32,000 nucleotides of DNA from NCBI RefSeq assembly GCF_001652585.1, contig NZ_LWLG01000011.1:30001-62000 (forward strand), written 5' to 3'. The DNA comes from Thermosulfurimonas dismutans (GTDB lineage Bacteria; Desulfobacterota; Thermodesulfobacteria; Thermodesulfobacteriales; Thermodesulfobacteriaceae). How positions within the stretch are numbered: position 1 is the stretch's first letter; each line of letters begins with the position of its first letter. Both the position numbers and the translations under genes were made by a program. Shown here one piece after another: positions 1 to 8,728 of this stretch. The notes below the pieces were generated by a model. The model ran no database searches, was not told where the DNA came from, and saw only the letters and a program-made list of their open reading frames with translations.

Positions 1-27
1 ACACTTGTCGCACTTCCAAACCGCCAT
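1..27 (-). CDS. 5' end (first 9 codons) of a gene leaving the window. N-terminus is MAVWKCDKC, a Cys-x2-Cys knuckle as in rubredoxin or zinc-ribbon proteins.
   Basis: Minus-strand ATG at 27..25 is preceded by an AAGGGGG Shine-Dalgarno-like run (plus-strand bases 34..40). Only 27 nt are visible, so the family call is tentative. Confidence 0.3.
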
Positions 28-132
28 CGCTAACCCCCTTTATTTTTGTCTTTAAGTTAATATACTTTCTCTACTTTGTCAAGACTTTAGGAAGGCCCCC
101 AAAAGCCTTTTATTAAATGTCCGAAATGGATA

Positions 133-160
133 TTGACAGGTTTTAGTAACAAGTTAGCCT
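133..160 (+). promoter_or_regulatory. Putative sigma70-type promoter of the HDOD-GGDEF gene
   Basis: TTGACA (133..138), 16-nt spacer, TAGCCT (155..160). The predicted start is 2-3 nt before the ATG at 170 and no SD is present, so the mRNA may be near-leaderless. Confidence 0.3.
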
Positions 161-169
161 TTCTAGGCC

Positions 170-1672
170 ATGAATACCCTTGAAAAGTTGACCAAAGAAG
201 GAGAAATAGAATTACCCTCTCTTCCCAGTGTAGTTTTAAAGTTACTCGAAGCCGTTAAAAACGACTCTTTCGAGGCCCTAGCTCATCTTATCAAATTTGA
301 TCCGGCTCTAGCAACCAAGGTCCTCTCAGTAGCCAATTCTCCTCTTTTTTCGAGGGGAAAAAAAATTGAAAGTCTAGAGACTGCTATTTCTTTGCTAGGC
401 ACTGAAATGATCAAGAATATTGCCCTCTCCTTTATTCTTGTCAAAAACTTCCAACGCCAAGAAAAAAACGAATTTGACTTCGAAAATTTTTGGAAAAGGG
501 CTATCACAGCCGCCGTCTCTGCCGAGCTGATGGCCCAAAAACTAAGGCTTGCGGGAGACAAAATTTACCTTTCTGCTCTTCTTATGGATATTGGAATAGT
601 GATTATGTTCTTATGTCGGCCAGATGATTACTTAAAGGTCTTTGATGAAAAAAGAGCAGAGAACCTGTCTACCGTAGAAGCAGAACGGAACATTTTCGGT
701 TTTGACCATCAACAGGTAGGAGCCGAAATAACCTCTGCCTGGGGATTACCTGAGTATTTGCGAGATATGATACTATATCATCACTCTCCCGAAAAAGCCC
801 CTTTAGAGATCCAAAAAGAGATCCAATTAATATCCTTCGCTGACAAAATGGCTGGTATTTATTTTGCTTTTCACGCCTTGGATAAGTATACCTATATTCT
901 ACATCATGCCCAAAAATATCTGGCTTTTTCTCCTGAGGAAACAGAGAGCTTAGTAGATGAAGTGGCAGAAAAATCTCAAGAACTCCTTGAGATATTCGAT
1001 CTACCTGTAAGAGAACTGAAACCTTATTCCCAAATATTAGAAGAGGCAAACAGAGAACTCCAAAAACTAACTTTGAATTATGCGCAGCTTCTACAAAAAC
1101 TTAAAGAAGAAAAAGCGCGGGCCGAGGCCTTGGCCCAGAAGCTTAAAGAAGCCAACCAAAAGCTCATGGAAATGGCTATAAAGGATGGGCTTACAGGAGT
1201 TTTTAATCGGAGGTACTTCCAGGAAAGGCTCGCCGAAGAAGTTAATCGATTCAAACGATACAATGGAAGCCTTTCGGTAATAATTCTAGATATTGATCAT
1301 TTCAAAAAAATCAATGATACTTATGGACATCTCTTTGGAGACGAGGTCCTAAAAAAAATGGGGGCTATTTTAAAGACCGAAACTAGAGAGTGTGACCTCG
1401 TGGCCCGTTATGGAGGTGAGGAATTTGTCATTCTTCTTCCTTCAACGGATCTAAAAGGAGCTACCAGATTAGCCGAACGTCTACGTCAAAAAGTAGAAGA
1501 AACAGAATTTTCGTATGGAAACCAAAAGGTGAAAGTGACTATAAGCCTAGGGGTGGCTTCTATCTCTTCCCCTAGTGAAAAGACGGAAAAAGAACTTCTT
1601 TCGGTAGCAGACAAAGCCCTTTATTATTCTAAACATAAGGGCCGCAATCGGGTCACAGCGGTAAAGATTTAA
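170..1672 (+). CDS. HDOD domain / coiled coil / GGDEF diguanylate cyclase
   Basis: 500-aa ORF. N-terminal HDOD-like region (LPSLPSVVLKLLEAV...DPALATKVLSVANSPLF). Central coiled coil (LQKLKEEKARAEALAQKLKEANQKL). C-terminal GGDEF domain with intact GGEEF and an RxxD I-site (RECD) five residues upstream. Confidence 0.9.
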   Translation: MNTLEKLTKEGEIELPSLPSVVLKLLEAVKNDSFEALAHLIKFDPALATKVLSVANSPLFSRGKKIESLETAISLLGTEMIKNIALSFILVKNFQRQEKNEFDFENFWKRAITAAVSAELMAQKLRLAGDKIYLSALLMDIGIVIMFLCRPDDYLKVFDEKRAENLSTVEAERNIFGFDHQQVGAEITSAWGLPEYLRDMILYHHSPEKAPLEIQKEIQLISFADKMAGIYFAFHALDKYTYILHHAQKYLAFSPEETESLVDEVAEKSQELLEIFDLPVRELKPYSQILEEANRELQKLTLNYAQLLQKLKEEKARAEALAQKLKEANQKLMEMAIKDGLTGVFNRRYFQERLAEEVNRFKRYNGSLSVIILDIDHFKKINDTYGHLFGDEVLKKMGAILKTETRECDLVARYGGEEFVILLPSTDLKGATRLAERLRQKVEETEFSYGNQKVKVTISLGVASISSPSEKTEKELLSVADKALYYSKHKGRNRVTAVKI

Positions 1673-1675
1673 GAC

Positions 1676-2845
1676 ATGCAAGTTCCTAAAGGGTTTTCCT
1701 TTAATGCAGTCGAGGCAGGAATCAAGTACCAGGGACGGCCGGATGTAGGACTGATCTTTTCTGAAAAGCCCTCTTTTTGGAGCGGAGTCTTCACCAAAAA
1801 TGACGTTAAAGCTGCCCCTGTAATTTTAGGTCTTGAACGCCTCCGAAAACAATCGAAGATTCGGGCCATCTTGGTGAATAGCGGTTGCGCTAACGCCTGT
1901 ACCGGGGAGGCCGGCCTACGGGACGCCGAAATCGTTCTAACCGAATTGGCAAAGAACTTAAATCTTTCACCAGAGGAAATCCTCCCGGCCTCGACCGGGG
2001 TCATCGGAAGCAGACTTCCGGTAAAAAAGATCCTAGCAATCCTCCCGGATTTGGTAGAAGAGTTGTCCCCGGATAGAGCCGCTCTCGTGGCCCGGGCCAT
2101 GATGACTACGGACACCTTTCCTAAGATCGTTTCCCGAAAAATAAAGACTCAAAATACGGAAATAACACTCCTGGGTCTGGCCAAGGGAGCCGGCATGATT
2201 GCTCCCAATATGGCCACCATGCTGGCCTTCATTCTTACCGACGCAAAAATACCCTCCCACAAACTCAGGCAGTGGCTCGCTGAAGCCGTAGAGTTTTCTT
2301 TCAACCGTATAACGGTAGATGGTGACACCAGCACTAACGATACCGTTTATCTCCTAGCCAATGGCCTGGCAGGAGAGGTCTCTGGTAAAGAAGAAGAGCT
2401 CTTTAAAGAAGCCCTATTCGAAATCTCTCGGGAGCTCGCCTATCTCATTGTAAAGGACGGTGAGGGCGCCACCAAAACCGTGAAGATCCGAGTGGAGGGG
2501 GCCCGGAGTGAAGAAGAGGCCTTGAAACTTGCCCGAGCGGCGGCAGACTCGCCTTTGGTCAAGACCGCCTTTTTCGGCGAGGACCCCAATTGGGGAAGGA
2601 TTATGGTAGCCTTAGGAAAGCTTGGTTTAGGACTTGTTCCAGAAAAAATAAATATATTTATAAATGACATTCCTTTGGTGAAAGGAGGCCTGGCCACCGA
2701 TAAAGAAGATCTGGCTCAAAAAGAGATGGCCCGGCCGGAGTTCACCGTAAAAATAGAGTTGGGAATGGGAGCGGCGGACGCCGAGATCTTGACTTGTGAT
2801 CTTTCCAAGGAGTACGTTAAGATCAATGCCGAATACCGAACGTGA
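1676..2845 (+). CDS. argJ: Bifunctional ornithine acetyltransferase / N-acetylglutamate synthase ArgJ
   Basis: 389-aa ORF starting 3 nt after the previous stop. It has the ArgJ self-cleavage region PNMATMLAFILTDA and a family-typical C-terminus INAEYRT. Confidence 0.92.
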   Translation: MQVPKGFSFNAVEAGIKYQGRPDVGLIFSEKPSFWSGVFTKNDVKAAPVILGLERLRKQSKIRAILVNSGCANACTGEAGLRDAEIVLTELAKNLNLSPEEILPASTGVIGSRLPVKKILAILPDLVEELSPDRAALVARAMMTTDTFPKIVSRKIKTQNTEITLLGLAKGAGMIAPNMATMLAFILTDAKIPSHKLRQWLAEAVEFSFNRITVDGDTSTNDTVYLLANGLAGEVSGKEEELFKEALFEISRELAYLIVKDGEGATKTVKIRVEGARSEEEALKLARAAADSPLVKTAFFGEDPNWGRIMVALGKLGLGLVPEKINIFINDIPLVKGGLATDKEDLAQKEMARPEFTVKIELGMGAADAEILTCDLSKEYVKINAEYRT

Positions 2846-2855
2846 CAAAACCAAT

Positions 2856-3017
2856 ATGGAAACCGGTTTTTGCCTCAAATTTCAGGAAGAGGTCCCTTTG
2901 GAAGAGGGATGCCGCCATCCTAGGGACTATTGTCCTCACCGCACGGCCTGTTTCTTATACCTGATCTGGAAGGAAAAGCACCAAGAAAAAAAAGATGAAG
3001 ATTCTTCTCACCAATGA
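2856..3017 (+). CDS. Possible small cysteine-rich protein (53 aa), hypothetical
   Basis: An internal ATG of the 2796..3017 ORF fills the argJ-surE gap: METGFCLKFQEEVPLEEGCRHPRDYCPHRTACFLYLIWKEK... It has four Cys and two His in 30 residues. There is no clear SD, and it overlaps the surE start by 23 nt. Confidence 0.2.
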   Translation: METGFCLKFQEEVPLEEGCRHPRDYCPHRTACFLYLIWKEKHQEKKDEDSSHQ

Positions 3018-3747
3018 CGATGGCATCTTCGCCGAAGGTCTCTGCGCCCTTTACCGGAGTCTGGCCTTAGATCACGAAGTCGTAGTAGTGGCCCCTGAGG
3101 CCGAAAGAAGTGCCGTCGGACACGCCATCACTCTCTCGGATCCTTTGAGAGTCAAAATTGTTCGGCGAGGGAAGGAATTCTGGGGATATGCGGTAAGTGG
3201 CACCCCTGCCGATTGTGTCAAGATAGCCTTCTATGAACTGGTTGGGCCCGTGGATCTTGTAATCTCAGGCATAAATCGCGGAGCCAACGTTGGTATCAAT
3301 GTCCTTTATTCCGGAACGGTTTCTGCGGCTACGGAAGCTACTATCTTGGGTACGCCTGCCTTGGCCGTGTCTCTAGCGGCTTACCAAAACGAAGATTACT
3401 GTTTTGCGGCCTATTTCATATCAACTTTAGTGGAAGAGCTTATTCATTGGCCACTGCCCAAAACTTTTTGTCTAAATATCAATGTCCCCAATCTTCCGGC
3501 ACACCTTATCAAAGGCGTAAAACTTACTAGACAAGGAACTCGCAAGCTCAAAGAAAGGTTTGAAAAACGCGTAGATCCGCATGGAAATATTTATTACTGG
3601 CAATGTGGAGAGGAATTTCTAGAAGAAGATCCTTCAACAGATGTCATAGCTATAAAGCAAGGCTTCATTAGCATCACTCCGCTAAATCACGATTTAACAG
3701 ATTTTTCACTCTTACAAACTCTAGCCAACATTCAAATCTCATACTAA
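2995..3747 (+). CDS. surE: 5'/3'-nucleotidase SurE
   Basis: 250-aa ORF with the canonical SurE N-terminus MKILLTNDDGI (metal-binding DD), plus GINRGANVG and YSGTVSAA motifs. Confidence 0.92.
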   Translation: MKILLTNDDGIFAEGLCALYRSLALDHEVVVVAPEAERSAVGHAITLSDPLRVKIVRRGKEFWGYAVSGTPADCVKIAFYELVGPVDLVISGINRGANVGINVLYSGTVSAATEATILGTPALAVSLAAYQNEDYCFAAYFISTLVEELIHWPLPKTFCLNINVPNLPAHLIKGVKLTRQGTRKLKERFEKRVDPHGNIYYWQCGEEFLEEDPSTDVIAIKQGFISITPLNHDLTDFSLLQTLANIQISY

Positions 3748-3750
3748 CTC

Positions 3751-3778
3751 TTGACAAGTATAAAGCTCGTTTTATTCT
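3751..3778 (+). promoter_or_regulatory. Putative strong sigma70-type promoter for the small HTH gene
   Basis: Consensus -35 TTGACA (3751..3756) lies 4 nt after the surE stop. A 16-nt spacer precedes TATTCT (3773..3778). AAGGAGG SD at 3797..3803 is 6 nt before the ATG at 3810. Confidence 0.5.
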
Positions 3779-3809
3779 ATAACTAAAATCTCCACAAAGG
3801 AGGCAAGGC

Positions 3810-4052
3810 ATGGCTAGGAAAAGAGGTAGGCTTTTGACTAAGGAAGATGTAAAGTTCATCTATGAAAATTATGCAAAAATGACTTCCTCAGAAATTGCTG
3901 AAAAGCTGGGTATTAGCCGCTTTCAAGTTACTAAAGTAGTAAGCGAACTCAGGAAAAGAGGCGTAGACATCCCCAAAAAAGCTGGCAAACGACGTAATCC
4001 CATAGATGAGTTTGTTGAAGAGCTCAAAAAAGAAGGCAAGCTCAAGAAGTAA
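3810..4052 (+). CDS. Small, very basic helix-turn-helix DNA-binding protein (80 aa), family not recognised
   Basis: HTH-like segment TSSEIAEKLGISRFQVTKVVSELRKRG is flanked by Lys/Arg-rich ends (MARKRGR..., ...KKAGKRRN..., ...KKEGKLKK). It has a near-perfect SD and its own promoter. Confidence 0.6.
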   Translation: MARKRGRLLTKEDVKFIYENYAKMTSSEIAEKLGISRFQVTKVVSELRKRGVDIPKKAGKRRNPIDEFVEELKKEGKLKK

Positions 4053-4965
4053 GAACATCCTTGGCAAGTTTGCAGTCGATCTCAATCTGAGTTTTGAGAG
4101 CGGCCGGAGAAGAAAACTTTTTCTCCGGCCGAAGATATCTTATAAACTCTACGCTCAAGTTTTGACCATAAATATCTTCTTGAAATTCAAAGATAAAGAC
4201 CTCGAGACTCAGGTCTCTTTCATCGAAAGTGGGTTTGAGCCCGATGTTCATCACGCCGTTGAAAGACCGGTCATTCACTTTCACCTTTACGGCATAAACT
4301 CCTCGAGCTGGTATCAGTTTCTCAGGCGGAACCTCTAAATTAGCAGTAGGGAACCCTAATTTTCGCCCTCGGCCGTGCCCCTTCACCACCCGGCCGGAAA
4401 GCCTGTATGGACGGCCCAGAAGCCTGGAAGCTTTCTGGACCTCCCCTCTACAAAGAAGTTCCCGTATAAGGGAGCTTGAGACCGTAAAGCCATCCACCTC
4501 TTTCGGTGGAACTACTCGTACCCGAAAACCATATTTTTCCCCCATGGTTTTTAAGAGCTCCGTATCCCCTTCCCTCCCCTTTCCGAAACGGTAATTAAAC
4601 CCCACCACCAACCCTTTGATCTTGAGACCGTAAAGCAAATACTCTTCTACGAACTCCTCTGCGGGAAGCTCGGCTAAGGCCTTGCTAAAGGGTATAACTA
4701 GCACCGCTTTAAGCCCAAATTCTCTTATAAGGGCCAGACGCTCCTCGAAAGTGGTAAGGAGCTTCAGAGAAGCCTGAGGCCGGAGAACCTTGCGGGGATG
4801 AGGTTCAAAGGTCACCACCATGGGGGTGCCTTGCAGTTCATGGGCCAACCTTAAACTCTCGGACAACAAGACCTGGTGCCCCAAATGAACTCCATCAAAG
4901 TTTCCCAGGGTAACTACCGGGCTCGGCAGTTCTAGGGGCAGATCCTCAGGAGAATAGATTTCCAT
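4042..4965 (-). CDS. ribF: Bifunctional riboflavin kinase / FMN adenylyltransferase RibF
   Basis: 307 aa. N-terminal nucleotidyltransferase motif GNFDGVHLGHQ. C-terminal riboflavin-kinase motifs GFPTANL and PARGVYAV. Its 3' end overlaps the converging HTH gene by 11 nt. Confidence 0.92.
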   Translation of the reverse strand: MEIYSPEDLPLELPSPVVTLGNFDGVHLGHQVLLSESLRLAHELQGTPMVVTFEPHPRKVLRPQASLKLLTTFEERLALIREFGLKAVLVIPFSKALAELPAEEFVEEYLLYGLKIKGLVVGFNYRFGKGREGDTELLKTMGEKYGFRVRVVPPKEVDGFTVSSSLIRELLCRGEVQKASRLLGRPYRLSGRVVKGHGRGRKLGFPTANLEVPPEKLIPARGVYAVKVKVNDRSFNGVMNIGLKPTFDERDLSLEVFIFEFQEDIYGQNLSVEFIRYLRPEKKFSSPAALKTQIEIDCKLAKDVLTS

Positions 4966-4973
4966 CCGAGGCT

Positions 4974-6101
4974 TTAGCTCGATTTCAGAGTCTCTATGAA
5001 CCGGTCAAACAGATAGACGGCATCGTGAGGTCCCGGGGCATTTTCAGGATGATATTGCACAGAAAAGGCCGGAATTTCCTTGTGACGGATACCCTCAAGG
5101 GTACCGTCGTTGAGATTGATATGGGTAACCTCCACCTCTGGAGGTAGTTCTTCGGCCCGTACGCAGAAACCGTGATTCTGAGAGGTTATCTCAATCTTCC
5201 CGGTAGAAAGGTCCTTTACAGGGTGGTTGGCTCCTCGGTGTCCGAATTTGAGCTTATAGGTGGAAGCCCCTAAGGCCTGCCCCAGCATCTGATGTCCTAA
5301 ACATATCCCAAAAATGGGTTTTCGACCTAGGAGCTGTTTTACCGTTTCCACCACGTACGGCACCGCCGCCGGATCTCCCGGCCCGTTAGAAAGGAATATC
5401 CCGTCAGGATCCCGCGCCAGGATTTCCTGCGCCGGGGTGTCCGCCGGAAAGACCACACACTCGCACCCCCGTTCCTCGAAAAGCCTCAGCTGATTGAACT
5501 TGAGGCCACAATCCAGAATAGCAATTCTGTAATCCCCAGCCCCCAGAAACTCCGAAACTCCCCATTCAATTTTTCCGTCTGCCCAGCGATAAGGTTGGGG
5601 GCAGGTGACCTCCTTCACCAGATCCCTTCCCACAAGCCCCGGACTTTCCTTTACCCTTTCAAGAAACCTCTTGGGATCGAGATCCTCGGTGGTCACTCCG
5701 GCCTTCATGGCCCCGAAAAGCCGGAGGTGTCTGGTAAGGGCTCGGGTGTCTATACCGGTTATTCCTAAAACACCATTTTCGGAAAGCCATTCACCCAGAG
5801 ACTTTTCCGCCCGCCAGTTACTGTAACGGGGCTGATATTCCCGGACCACAAAAGCCTCTACCTGGATCTTCAAGCTCTCCGAATCTTCGGTGTTCACTCC
5901 GTAATTCCCAATCAAGGGATAAGTCATGGCCACTATCTGACCCCGATAAGAGGGATCGGTAAGGATCTCCTGATAGCCCGTCATGGCGGTATTGAAAACC
6001 ATTTCTCCGAAAGCCTCACCAGGACCGGTAAAGGACCAACCCCAGAAATGGGTTCCGTCCTCAAGCATCAGCAGGGCTTTAAGTCTCTCTTTAGGCTGCA
6101 A
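4974..6101 (-). CDS. carA: Carbamoyl-phosphate synthase small (glutaminase) subunit CarA
   Basis: 375 aa. CPSase small-chain N-domain (FNTAMTGYQEILTDPSYRGQIV) and class-I GATase with catalytic GICLGHQ and a C-terminal HPE region. No carB is adjacent. Confidence 0.93.
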   Translation of the reverse strand: MQPKERLKALLMLEDGTHFWGWSFTGPGEAFGEMVFNTAMTGYQEILTDPSYRGQIVAMTYPLIGNYGVNTEDSESLKIQVEAFVVREYQPRYSNWRAEKSLGEWLSENGVLGITGIDTRALTRHLRLFGAMKAGVTTEDLDPKRFLERVKESPGLVGRDLVKEVTCPQPYRWADGKIEWGVSEFLGAGDYRIAILDCGLKFNQLRLFEERGCECVVFPADTPAQEILARDPDGIFLSNGPGDPAAVPYVVETVKQLLGRKPIFGICLGHQMLGQALGASTYKLKFGHRGANHPVKDLSTGKIEITSQNHGFCVRAEELPPEVEVTHINLNDGTLEGIRHKEIPAFSVQYHPENAPGPHDAVYLFDRFIETLKSS

Positions 6102-7243
6102 GTTTGACCTCCTCTTCCTTCTTCTCGGATTTCTCGGCCTGAGAGAGAAGATAGGCCCGAATAAAAGGATCTATCTCTCCGTCAAGCACAGCCTCCACGT
6201 TCCCGGTCTCAAAGCCCGTCCGGTGATCTTTGACCAGACGATAAGGCTGAAGAATATAGGATCTAATTTGGCTTCCCCAGGCGATTTCTTTCTTTTCACC
6301 AAGCAATTTCGCCTTCTTTTCCTCGAGTTTTCGGCGCTCGAGTTCGTAAAGTCTAGCCTTTAATATCTTCAAAGCCGTAGCCTTGTTCAAGTGCTGGCTC
6401 CGTTCGTTCTGGCAGCTAACCACGATACCGGTAGGAAGATGGGTAATACGAACAGCGGTCTCGGTCTTATTTACATGCTGGCCTCCGTGCCCCGAAGCCC
6501 GCATGGTTTCTATCTTGAGATCTTCAGGCCGAATCTCGATCTCAATATCCTCCTCGATCTCGGGAATTACGGAAACCGAGGCGAAAGAGGTATGCCGCCG
6601 ACCACTGGCATCAAATGGGGAAATCCTTACCAGACGGTGAATACCCTTCTCGGACTTGAGATAACCATAGGCATAAGACCCTTCTACCGTAAAGGTCACA
6701 TACTTGAGCCCGGCCTCTTCTCCAGAAAGTAGGTCCACCACTTTTACCCGGTAACCCCGCCTTTCCGCCCAGCGAACATACATCCTAAGTAACATCTCTA
6801 CCCAGTCTTGGGCCTCGGTTCCTCCGGCTCCGGCATGAATGGTCACGATCGCACTAGAAGCATCGTGTTCACCCGAAAGGAGAACCTTTAATTCCTCTTC
6901 GGCTACTTCCTGGTCGAGCTCCGCCAGCCCGGACTTAACCTCAAGAAGAGTACCCTCATCCTTTTCTTCCAGAGCTAATTCAAACAGGACCTTAATATCT
7001 TCGTACTTTTGAGTAATAGCTTCCCAAGTAGTCAGCAATTCGGATATACGAGCCCGTTCCTTGAGGACTTCCTTGGCCTTAGACGACTCCCAAAAACCCG
7101 GTTTAACGGTTTCCTTCTCAAGGGCCTGGAGCCGAGACCTTAACCTCTCCGGGTCAAAGGCACCTCCTTAGGTCCGAAAGCTTATTTTCAAGCCTTTCAA
7201 GTTCGGCTTTGATTTCAGCTGGCTGAAGAGCTACTTCTTTCAT
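6091..7243 (-). CDS. prfB: Peptide chain release factor 2 (PrfB), expressed through a programmed +1 frameshift
   Basis: ORF 6091..7155 carries the SPF tripeptide (RISPFDASGRRHTSF) and GGQ (SGHGGQHVNKTETAVR). A 29-codon frame-0 leader (MKEVALQPAEIKAELERLENKLSDLRRCL) runs from ATG 7243 to an in-frame TGA at 7156..7154. A +1 shift at CTT-T-GAC joins the frames exactly. Confidence 0.9.
7153..7168 (-). promoter_or_regulatory. prfB autoregulatory +1 frameshift cassette
   Basis: The minus strand reads AGGAGG TGC CTT TGA C. This is an internal SD-like element, a 3-nt spacer, a slippery CTT and a weak UGA-C stop, with the same architecture and spacing as the classical E. coli prfB site. Confidence 0.88.
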
Positions 7244-7254
7244 AACCTCCTCCT

Positions 7255-8580
7255 TTAGGCCTTCGCGATCATGGCCCGCATGAGATCGGCCGCGTTTTCC
7301 GAGCGTCCGGAAATTTCACCTATGTATTCCAGTAGCTGGAGTAAAAAATAAACTCTTGAAAAATCGGTATCAAGGGCAAAGACCTCCCTTTTGATCTCGG
7401 TCGAGAAAAGATCGTTTTCGTGTTCGCGACGTCGTATTTCGCGCACGATTTCCTTGGCATCCTGTCTGGAAGCCTCATCCCCCCTCTCGATGTACAAACG
7501 AGATTTCTCAATAAGAGGCCCCAAAAACTCCGCAGTCTTCACATTTTCTTCAAGAAGTTTCAAAATCTTGGAGGACAGAACCTCCGGGACGGCAACTTGC
7601 TTAAAGGTTAGCCATTTCAGGATGTCTTCCGCAGCATCCGCTACAGCATCCTGCTCTTTAAGATACAGAAACAATTCGAACTTATCCACCGGCGTAATAA
7701 TGCCATAGGGTAAATGTCCTCTTATGTTTTGTTTTAAGCGATCGGCTTCCCTCTCGATATCAATGATGTCCCGAGAAATCTCCTCCAAACGCTCTTTATC
7801 TCCCTTAAAGTAGGCCTCCAAAGCCAGGGGCAAACGCTCCGTGCACTCAATCACCAGCCTGGCATGCCTTTCAAGAAGATCAAACAGATAGGGCTTCTCT
7901 TTCTCTTCCGTTTTCTCAGGAAGGACCTTCTCATGTTTCACCACTTTCCCTTCTACGATGTAAACAATTTCTTCCGCGATATTGGTGGCCAGATCCGCCA
8001 CCCTCTCAAGATTCTGAGCCACTACAATATACTCCACCCCGATCCTGGTGGTCTGAGGATTCTTCTCCATGCAATCCACGATTTTCTCGATCACCAACTT
8101 TTTGTAACGATCCACCTCATCATCCCAGGACTTTATCTCCCGAGCCTTTTGGGCATCTCGGCCCACAAAGGCATTGATGACTTCTTCGAGCATCCGCAGG
8201 GCCTTACGGGCCATCTCTGAAAGATCAACGGGACAGGTAAAGACGTGCGGTAAGGCTAAAAGACGCGGCACCCTCTCCGCAATATTTACTGCCTGATCTC
8301 CCAACCTCTCCAGATCTCGGATCATATCCAGAGTAGAAACCACGAAACGAAGATCACTAGCCACCGGATGTTTAAGAGCAATGGTTTCCAGACAAAGCCT
8401 GTCAATGGCAACATCCAGGGCGTCCACCCGCATATCCTGAGCGATGACCTTTTCGGCCAACTCCGGGTCCCGCTTCTCAAAGGCCGTAACCGCCGATCGC
8501 ACCATCTCCACCACCAGACGGCACATCTCAAGGAGATGGTTGCGAATATCCTGTAAATTTTTTTCTAAAAGGACACTCAT
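7255..8580 (-). CDS. PhoU-family protein fused to a DUF47/TIGR00153 (PhoU_div) domain
   Basis: The N-terminal half is canonical PhoU (MSVLLEKNLQDIRNHLLEM...DMRVDALD...DLERLGDQAVNIAE, repeated as NLERVADLATNIAEE). The C-terminal half matches DUF47-type proteins (IEREADRLKQNIRGHLPYGIITPVDKFELFLYLKEQDAVADAAEDI). I prefer the ATG at 8580 (AAGGGGA SD upstream) to the ORF-track start at 8640. Confidence 0.8.
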   Translation of the reverse strand: MSVLLEKNLQDIRNHLLEMCRLVVEMVRSAVTAFEKRDPELAEKVIAQDMRVDALDVAIDRLCLETIALKHPVASDLRFVVSTLDMIRDLERLGDQAVNIAERVPRLLALPHVFTCPVDLSEMARKALRMLEEVINAFVGRDAQKAREIKSWDDEVDRYKKLVIEKIVDCMEKNPQTTRIGVEYIVVAQNLERVADLATNIAEEIVYIVEGKVVKHEKVLPEKTEEKEKPYLFDLLERHARLVIECTERLPLALEAYFKGDKERLEEISRDIIDIEREADRLKQNIRGHLPYGIITPVDKFELFLYLKEQDAVADAAEDILKWLTFKQVAVPEVLSSKILKLLEENVKTAEFLGPLIEKSRLYIERGDEASRQDAKEIVREIRRREHENDLFSTEIKREVFALDTDFSRVYFLLQLLEYIGEISGRSENAADLMRAMIAKA

Positions 8581-8728
8581 CGAAACGCTCCCCTTACCCG
8601 GCCTTATGAAAAAGTTACCTGAATTTGATCCCCGGGACAAGGTTTGAGCTTGTTCTTGTTAAAGAATATAAAAAGAAGGGCTTATTGAACCGAAAGAATA
8701 TGCCCCAAAAACTATAAAAAGCCTTATT

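Noticed and set aside
4006-4338. 110-aa plus-strand ORF beginning inside the small HTH gene
   Set aside because: It is out of frame with the HTH gene and antisense to ribF, with no signals and no motif.
8581-8640. 20-aa N-terminal extension of the PhoU-fusion ORF, and likewise 17534..17590 for the CoADR-rhodanese ORF
   Set aside because: The internal ATGs at 8580 and 17533 give canonical family N-termini (MSVLLEKN..., MGKRIVVIG...). Each is preceded by a G-rich SD, and the extensions are low-complexity.
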